Of a stretch of 12,395 nt of DNA, positions 6,898 through 12,395 are shown one piece after another (position 1 is the first letter of the stretch; the number at the start of each line of letters is the position of its first letter). Source of the DNA: Candidatus Heimdallarchaeota archaeon (GTDB lineage Archaea > Asgardarchaeota > Heimdallarchaeia > Heimdallarchaeales > Heimdallarchaeaceae); the NCBI GenBank assembly GCA_016839945.1, contig JAEOTE010000069.1:1-12395 (forward strand), written 5' to 3'. The position numbers and the translations under genes were made by a program. Below the pieces are notes generated by a model that searched no databases, was not told the DNA's origin, and saw nothing but the letters and a program-made list of their open reading frames with translations.

Positions 6898-7019
6898 TGG
6901 TGCGGGGAGGGAGATTCGAACTCCCGAACCACTAAGGATCCGGTTCCTCATCTAACCCATTTTTAAGGAATAAATCCTGATCTTGAGCCGGACGCCGTTG
7001 TCCACTTGGCTATCCCCGC
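6898..7019 (-). tRNA. tRNA-Leu (anticodon CAA) with 37-nt intron at canonical position 37/38, CCA encoded
   Basis: Acceptor GCGGGGA/TCCCCGC, anticodon stem TCCGG/CCGGA, loop CT-CAA-G^A, long variable arm, T-arm GGGAG-TTCGAAT-CTCCC. The spliced product is 85 nt. Confidence 0.96.
6945..6981 (-). other. tRNA intron with bulge-helix-bulge motif
   Basis: Exon CTCA pairs with intron TGAG (4-bp central helix), flanked by 3-nt bulges AG^A and GA^A. Short outer helix TC/GA and an internal hairpin AGGA-TTTAT-TCCT. Confidence 0.92.
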
Positions 7020-7081
7020 AGTGATTAATTTCGTGGCACTTGAGATATCTTTGTTTTCTTTTTAATCTTTTCTTTCTCATT

Positions 7082-8263
7082 CTATAATTTCAACAAAGGA
7101 AGTTCAAGTTGTCTTTTCGAAAGAAATTCACAGCCATCCTTAGTTACAATTACATCTTCTTCAATACTGCAAAAACCATGGTTTTCTACAAAAACATGGA
7201 GCTCCAAAGTAAATACTTGTCCTTCTTCAACCTTATGCATGACAGATTGACCATATTTCTCCCACCTTGGTCCAAGTAGACAACCCCCATCATGAACATT
7301 TCTCCCTATCTGATGACCTAAAGCGTGTTTAAATTCCTCATATCCTGCATCAGTTATAACTTTTCTTGCAGCAAAATCAACTTCCCAACCTTGTATTCCT
7401 GGTTTGAGTTTTTCTGCTCCAGTGGAAATCGCTTCAATTACTTTTCTAAATGCCCTTTGCACTTCTTCAGGTGGTTGTTCTTCATTTTCTCTTAAAACAT
7501 AATTTAATCTCTGTATATCAGATGCATAACCTTCATAAAAGACACCAAAATCAATGTTGATTAAATCACCTTGTTTCAACACGATATTAGCGGATCCTTT
7601 TCCATGACCAATAGTTGTTTCTGCTCCGATGTTTATTAATGGTGGATAAGAAACTGTAACATTATTCTCTTGAGCAAAGTCTAGTAATATCTTTTCCAAA
7701 TCCTTTTCATTCATCCCTAGTTTTACTGAATCTGCTAATTTCTTATGACCTCTTTCACTTATTTCTACAGCTTTTTTTATTCTTTCAACTTCTGTAAGTA
7801 TTTTTCTTCCTCTTAATGCTGCAAGAAGTTTATCAGAAGAAATTAATTTCTCTTTGTAAGAAGTATTTTCTAGCATTTTGTTTAATCTTAACCACATTCC
7901 ATGAGTAAGACCGTCTGCTGCTACATTGTCTTCTGCAAAATTAATAGCAATAGAGTTTGGATTCAGTTCTTCTAATATTTTTAATAAATCGTTCTTAATG
8001 CTTTCATCATATCCAATTATTGTGTCATAGATTCCTAAACATTCTACGTTTGGAACGTCATATCTACCACAAATAACGATTTTTCTTCCATTTTTGCTTA
8101 TAAGAAATACAGTTTGCCAAGTAAGCCATGTTTCCTCAAGCAAAAAATATAAGCTGGGATCATGAATTTCTGAAGTCTTTCTAACGTAAGTTAACCATAA
8201 ATCAATATTCAATTCATTTAGGATTTCTACTGCTTGATCTGTTTTTTGTTCAACTAATTTCAT
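7082..8263 (-). CDS. Xaa-Pro aminopeptidase/prolidase (peptidase M24B)
   Basis: Creatinase-type N-domain plus pita-bread fold ligands: IDFG, SDIQR, HALGHQIGRNVHD, FTLE, IEEDVIVT. Confidence 0.93.
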   Translation of the reverse strand: MKLVEQKTDQAVEILNELNIDLWLTYVRKTSEIHDPSLYFLLEETWLTWQTVFLISKNGRKIVICGRYDVPNVECLGIYDTIIGYDESIKNDLLKILEELNPNSIAINFAEDNVAADGLTHGMWLRLNKMLENTSYKEKLISSDKLLAALRGRKILTEVERIKKAVEISERGHKKLADSVKLGMNEKDLEKILLDFAQENNVTVSYPPLINIGAETTIGHGKGSANIVLKQGDLINIDFGVFYEGYASDIQRLNYVLRENEEQPPEEVQRAFRKVIEAISTGAEKLKPGIQGWEVDFAARKVITDAGYEEFKHALGHQIGRNVHDGGCLLGPRWEKYGQSVMHKVEEGQVFTLELHVFVENHGFCSIEEDVIVTKDGCEFLSKRQLELPLLKL

Positions 8264-8390
8264 TGTTGAATAAAATTATGTCCTACTTTATTTGTATTTC
8301 TGATGATACTTGATTTTTATCTCTTTAAGTGATGCAAAATGAATTGTAATTTCAGATTTCTAGAACTAATTTTCTCTAGAAGAGAAAGTT

Positions 8391-8409
8391 AAAGAAGCTT
8401 TAAATATAT
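8391..8409 (+). promoter_or_regulatory. BRE/TATA promoter of tfe
   Basis: AAAGAAGC followed by TTTAAATA (8399-8406), a near-consensus archaeal promoter upstream of tfe. Confidence 0.65.
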
Positions 8410-8458
8410 GACATTTTGTTAGATTATATTCAAAAAAATCGTTAATGTGATATTGTCG

Positions 8459-9073
8459 ATGTCTAGGGATGAAGTTGATAAAAAGGGGAATAAAAAGGAT
8501 GCAAGTTCTTCTAAAATAGCATCAAAAATTAACATTTCTGAGAGACAAAGACAAACATTAATTGAAGTTGTTGACGATATAGCGGGAGAGGAAGTTAAAC
8601 AAGTAACACTGGTTTTACTCAACGCGGATGGAGAAACAACAGATGAAGAAATATCTGAAAAACTGGATATGAGACTAAACCAAGTAAGAAAATCACTCTA
8701 TAAGTTATATGATCTCCCACTAGCAACTTTCAGAAGAATCAGGGATAAATCTACAGGATGGTTTGTTTATTTCTGGACTCTCCATCCTGAAAGGATAGAT
8801 ATGTTTGTAGAAAAAAAACAACAGGAAGTCCTAGAAAAACTAAACTCTCGATTAGATTATGAAGAAAACAATATGTTCTTTACATGTAATAATCCTGAAT
8901 GCCCTAGAGTAATCTTTCAAGAAGCGATGGATAATAATTTCGAATGTGAACACTGTGGTGGAAGGCTAGAAGCTTTTGATAACGAGCAACTGATAACGGT
9001 GTTAAAAGAAAAAATAATTGAATTGGAAGAAGTTAAGAAAAAGACACAGAAAATAATGAAGGGAGAAAAATAG
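8459..9073 (+). CDS. tfe: Transcription factor E alpha (TFE/TFIIE-alpha)
   Basis: Winged helix TDEEISEKLDMRLNQVRKSLYKLY...RIRDKSTGWFVYFW, Zn ribbon FTCNNPEC...FQEAMDNNFECEHCGG, C-terminal coiled coil. ATG 8459 or GTG 8447. Confidence 0.96.
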   Translation: MSRDEVDKKGNKKDASSSKIASKINISERQRQTLIEVVDDIAGEEVKQVTLVLLNADGETTDEEISEKLDMRLNQVRKSLYKLYDLPLATFRRIRDKSTGWFVYFWTLHPERIDMFVEKKQQEVLEKLNSRLDYEENNMFFTCNNPECPRVIFQEAMDNNFECEHCGGRLEAFDNEQLITVLKEKIIELEEVKKKTQKIMKGEK

Positions 9074-9083
9074 TAAGTAATTA

Positions 9084-9770
9084 TTATTGTTGTTTTAGTC
9101 TTTTCTGAATCGCTTCACTTTCCAGCTCTTTTATCGCATCTCTTGCTATCCACTTAGAGCTTCTAGACTCTATTTCTAGAACTTCCTTCGCCATTTCGAG
9201 AGCTTTTGAATTAAGGTATAAGTTCCTTTTACCAATTTGTCTCAATGCCCAATTTACGGCTTTTTTTACATTATTTCTATTATCAGTTGATTCTTTTTTA
9301 ATAATAGGAAGGAAATCCTCAAATCTAGAATCAAGTGCAGTCTTGTCTTTCCATGCTAAAACTGCAATCAAAGCAAATGAAGCTCTTTTTTCAAATTCTC
9401 CTTCTCTAGTGCTCCACTCAACAGCTTTTTTGTATGCACTTTCTGTAAGATAAAACAAATTCATACATGTTTGGTCAACAATTTCCCAATAGGAAAAGTA
9501 TGCAGATGAAATCCAATCATCCATTTGTTTTTCAGTAACCTGAACTGGATCATCAATCATCCCTGCTAGAATCATTGTTTCTCTATAACCTAGTTCCCAA
9601 AGCTGTTGTGCTAATTTACGGTTTTTCTTAATCTTCTTAGCCATTTTTCTAAGAACTGGAATCTTTATACCATAAGCTTTTTCTGGATCAATCCCTCCCT
9701 TCTTCATACCTTCTATGCTCGTTGGATCATAAAGATTTTCGAACTCTTCTATTATATCTTTGATATTCAT
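9084..9770 (-). CDS. DNA alkylation repair protein, AlkD-like HEAT-repeat DNA glycosylase family
   Basis: YGIKIPVLRKMAK, LAQQLW, WEIVDQTC, EFEKRA and DNRNNVKKAVNWALRQIGKRN motifs typical of the DNA_alkylation family. Confidence 0.88.
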   Translation of the reverse strand: MNIKDIIEEFENLYDPTSIEGMKKGGIDPEKAYGIKIPVLRKMAKKIKKNRKLAQQLWELGYRETMILAGMIDDPVQVTEKQMDDWISSAYFSYWEIVDQTCMNLFYLTESAYKKAVEWSTREGEFEKRASFALIAVLAWKDKTALDSRFEDFLPIIKKESTDNRNNVKKAVNWALRQIGKRNLYLNSKALEMAKEVLEIESRSSKWIARDAIKELESEAIQKRLKQQ

Positions 9771-9907
9771 TGTACTAAATATGAACTAAACAATTCACAT
9801 TAAAAACATGTTGCAGTCTCTAGAATTAAATTACAATTTTTGAAATTGCGATAAAGTTTTATTGATGTCTTTTTCAAACCTATAATAATAAAAAAGGTGT
9901 TATTGAG

Positions 9908-10456
9908 ATGATGCCCAATCTATCAGAAATAAAGGATGATATGACAAAAAACGGATTGGATGATTTAATAATCAAACTAGATCACATAGCATATAGAGTG
10001 AAAAAGGGTGAAAGAGTTAAGGCTATGGCTGAATTAGCAAATGCTGTACCTTACTATGAATTCAAATCTTTCAAAGTTATTTCTATGAATGCAATAACAA
10101 GTTGTATCAAACTTGATAAAACATCACCCGTAGTAGTTGTAAGTGAGGGTTTAGATGAAGATTCAATAGTTGAGAAATATGTAAAAAAACATGGTGGAAG
10201 AATTCACCATTTAGCTTATTTGGTGAAAGATATAGAAAAAGTTGTAGAAATTCAGAAAAAGCGGGGAATAACGTTCACTACAGACGAGATAATTGGAAGT
10301 GAAGAGGAAGGTATAAAACAGATATTTACAATGCCTACACAAACTGCAAATCACATAATAGAATACATTCAAAGATTCGGTGATTTTGATGGTTTTTTCA
10401 CACCTTCAAATATAGGTGTTCTAATGAAATCAACAGAAAAATTAGGTGAAGCATAA
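9908..10456 (+). CDS. VOC-superfamily metalloenzyme resembling the stand-alone C-terminal catalytic domain of 4-hydroxyphenylpyruvate dioxygenase
   Basis: LDHIAY, YVKKHGGRIHHLAYLVKDI, IKQIFT, IEYIQR and DGFF..SN..L motifs give a His/His/Glu triad. Only 182 aa. Confidence 0.75.
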   Translation: MMPNLSEIKDDMTKNGLDDLIIKLDHIAYRVKKGERVKAMAELANAVPYYEFKSFKVISMNAITSCIKLDKTSPVVVVSEGLDEDSIVEKYVKKHGGRIHHLAYLVKDIEKVVEIQKKRGITFTTDEIIGSEEEGIKQIFTMPTQTANHIIEYIQRFGDFDGFFTPSNIGVLMKSTEKLGEA

Positions 10457-10457
10457 A

Positions 10458-10970
10458 ATGGAAAAAATAATAAGTAGTATTACATCAGCACTCTACCCCA
10501 ACCCAGTAATGCTTGTATCAGCCTCCCATAAGAAAAAAGAATCCATAATAACTTTAGCTTGGGGTGGGACTTTGTGCTCAAATCCCCCTATAGTTGGCAT
10601 ATCTATAAGAGAAAATAGATTTTCGTACGATTTAATAAAGAAATCAAAGGAATTTGTAATAAATATTCCAACTTCTGAAATGTTAAACTCTATTGAACTC
10701 TGTGGAACAAAATCTGGTCTAGATACAAACAAATGGGATGAGTGTAATTTTACAAAGATGAAAAGTCAAGAAATAAAAACTCCATTTATCAAAGAATGCC
10801 CAGTTAGCATTGAATGCAAACTTAATCAGATAATAAAATTAGGAACGCATGATTTGTTCTTAGGTGAAGTGGTAGCTGTTCATATAAATGAAGAATGGAA
10901 GGATAAAAAATATCCAAAAATGGTTACTTACACACGTGGAGTCTATAAGAAATGTGTGGACCCCAGTTAG
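10458..10970 (+). CDS. Flavin reductase-like / flavoredoxin family FMN-binding split-barrel protein
   Basis: LYPNPVMLVS, PPIVGISI, SKEFVINIP, CGTKSG...K, PFIKECPVSIEC, LGTHDLFLGEV. ATG 10458 with RBS GGTGA (10445-10449) inside the upstream gene. Confidence 0.92.
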   Translation: MEKIISSITSALYPNPVMLVSASHKKKESIITLAWGGTLCSNPPIVGISIRENRFSYDLIKKSKEFVINIPTSEMLNSIELCGTKSGLDTNKWDECNFTKMKSQEIKTPFIKECPVSIECKLNQIIKLGTHDLFLGEVVAVHINEEWKDKKYPKMVTYTRGVYKKCVDPS

Positions 10971-10976
10971 TCTAAA

Positions 10977-11053
10977 TGGTGGCAGGACAGGGATTTGAAT
11001 CCTGGATCCTTTACTCCCGAAGCAAAAATCCTTCCAAACTAGACCATCCTGCC
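10977..11053 (-). tRNA. tRNA-Pro (anticodon CGG), CCA encoded, atypical T-stem
   Basis: Acceptor GGCAGGA/TCCTGCC, D-stem GTCT/GGAT, anticodon stem TTTGC/GTAAA with loop TT-CGG-GA, T-arm CAGGA-TTCAAAT-CCCTG (A53.C61 mismatch), ACCA end. Confidence 0.88.
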
Positions 11054-11151
11054 CTTTCATGAATTCATGATATGGTTATAATAATAAATATAGTTTTTTA
11101 GATAAACAGCTAAATTATTAAGAATTACATAAAAGAAGAAGAAGGTAGAAC

Positions 11152-11913
11152 ATGTCGATACGAGTTTTAAAACCATCTCAGATTAAGCAATTAGAAATAA
11201 ACAAGAATGATGTTTTTATTGTAGTTGATACCTTTAGAGCTACTACTTCTCTATTAACATTGAAAAATGCTGGTGTAAGAAAGATATATGTTGTTCAGAA
11301 TGAAGAAGAAGCAAAAAAATTGCATTCTAAAAAATTTCCCAGAAGTCTTCTTGTTGGTGAAAAAGGTGGTTTAAAAATTAATGGTTTTGATTATGGAAAC
11401 ACTCCTTCAGTTTTTTATGATTCTAACTTCAAAAAGAAAGAAATTATTTTTACATCCACAAGTGGTGCAAAGACCTTCTTCTTATTACACTCAAGAAAGA
11501 ATGTTTATGCTGGAGCACTAGTAAATCTGTCTAGCTTATCTGCAAAAATCTCAAAAAATGTTCTTAGAAAGAGATGTAACATATACATAATTCCTTCAGG
11601 ATATTTTATGGATGAGACTGAATATATTGTAGAGGATTGGGCTACATCTGTGCTAATAGCAGAAAGGATTGCGAAGACAACAAATTTCAGTATTTTAAAT
11701 ACAGATGATTTCTGGGAAAAAACAAAAAAGATAATTAACAATCATATTGATTTCAAAAAAATGTTATTAGAATCTCCTAATGGTTTAAAATTAAGAGATA
11801 TGGGGTTTGAAAATGATGTTCTATTTGCTTCTTCAATTGATAAAATTGAAAAAAATTTGAAAGTGAAAAAATGGCTAAATATCAATAAAATAAACTGTGT
11901 AGTTCTAAAATAG
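11152..11913 (+). CDS. comB: 2-phosphosulfolactate phosphatase (ComB)-family protein
   Basis: VVDTFRATTS, LLVGEKGGLKINGFDYGNTP, TSTSG, GALVN, ED, and G..L..MGFENDVLFA motifs. Confidence 0.85.
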   Translation: MSIRVLKPSQIKQLEINKNDVFIVVDTFRATTSLLTLKNAGVRKIYVVQNEEEAKKLHSKKFPRSLLVGEKGGLKINGFDYGNTPSVFYDSNFKKKEIIFTSTSGAKTFFLLHSRKNVYAGALVNLSSLSAKISKNVLRKRCNIYIIPSGYFMDETEYIVEDWATSVLIAERIAKTTNFSILNTDDFWEKTKKIINNHIDFKKMLLESPNGLKLRDMGFENDVLFASSIDKIEKNLKVKKWLNINKINCVVLK

Positions 11914-11936
11914 AAATGAAAATGAAAAAATAAGAA

Positions 11937-12395
11937 TTAAGTTTTTACAGAGTTAAAATCTGTTTTCTCATCTCTTTTTTCTATGTGGAACTTATCAATG
12001 ACTTCTGAGGGTATACGTTTTAAGACTCTATAGGGATCATCAAAGATTGATAACATGTTCCATCCTATATCCAATGATTCGAAAATAGTTCTATCTTCGT
12101 GATAATCTTGGTTAATGAAATTTTGTTCAAAAAGGTCCGCAAACTCTAGAACTTTTTTATCTGTTTCAGAGAGAGACTCATCGCCAACAACTGCAACTAA
12201 ATCTCTTAAATCTCTTCCAGTGGCATAAAGAGCATAAAGTTGATCTGATACAAATTTATGATCGCTTCTTGTAGATCCTTGTCCTATAGTATCTTTCATG
12301 AGTCTTGATAGTGAAGGCAAAGGATTAATTGGGGGGTAAAGACCTTTTCGATTCAATCCTATATCAACATAAACTTGACCTTCTGTAATATACCC
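11937..12395 (-). CDS. atpB: A/V-type ATP synthase subunit B, 3' part (continues beyond window)
   Basis: Frame is open to the window edge: [11 protein letters not shown]...[17 protein letters not shown]...TRSDH..VSDQLYA.YA.G...VVGDESLS...[11 protein letters not shown]. Confidence 0.97.
   Translation of the reverse strand, partial: GYITEGQVYVDIGLNRKGLYPPINPLPSLSRLMKDTIGQGSTRSDHKFVSDQLYALYATGRDLRDLVAVVGDESLSETDKKVLEFADLFEQNFINQDYHEDRTIFESLDIGWNMLSIFDDPYRVLKRIPSEVIDKFHIEKRDEKTDFNSVKT

Noticed and set aside
6945-6981. Box C-like ATGAGGA in the tRNA intron suggesting an intron-encoded C/D guide RNA
   Set aside because: The intron is only 37 nt, has no box D (CTGA) on the sense strand, and TGAG is dictated by BHB pairing.
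7020-10976. Possible integrated island between tRNA-Leu and tRNA-Pro
   Set aside because: No integrase or transposase, no duplicated tRNA 3' end (att site) seen, and the interval contains the core gene tfe.
340-11741. Short ORF-track entries 340-522, 2016-2219, 2425-2634, 3213-3458, 4036-4239, 5176-5448, 8419-8622, 10493-10732, 10860-11060, 11505-11741
   Set aside because: All are antisense or off-frame shadows of well-supported genes or tRNA-Pro, with no recognisable motifs.
1-12395. CRISPR array, IS element, recoding (Sec/Pyl, frameshift) or pseudogenes
   Set aside because: No regularly spaced repeats, terminal inverted repeats or interrupted reading frames were seen. All recognised proteins appear full length.

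Overview
AT-rich archaeal core-genome window, most likely from an Asgard (Heimdallarchaeia-like) archaeon. That assignment is an inference from eL38, a eukaryote-length PCNA and a V-ATPase-like AtpB tail. The window holds 17 protein genes (one partial) and three tRNAs, all with encoded CCA: Val-TAC, intron-containing Leu-CAA and an atypical Pro-CGG. The left two-thirds is a scrambled version of known archaeal information-processing neighbourhoods: DUF2110, aTrm56, PAN, HD protein, eL38, aMBF1, TFS, an RPA14/Rpa3-like OB-fold gene, PCNA, Gins51, eS27 and TFE. The rest encodes an Xaa-Pro peptidase, an AlkD-like glycosylase, a stand-alone HPPD-like VOC enzyme paired with a flavin reductase, a ComB-like phosphatase and the 3' part of A/V-ATPase subunit B. 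No mobile element or CRISPR array was seen. The most notable points are: an orphan Rpa3 between tfs and pcn-gins, with priS missing; seven tightly convergent gene pairs, most with a TCTTTTT(T)C U-tract, often inside the partner's coding end; a tRNA-Pro that breaks the G53-C61 pair, with a 14-bp palindrome upstream; an S1-like motif in DUF2110 coupled to trm56; and the half-HPPD/flavin reductase pair. All calls come from reading motifs by eye, and no database search was run.
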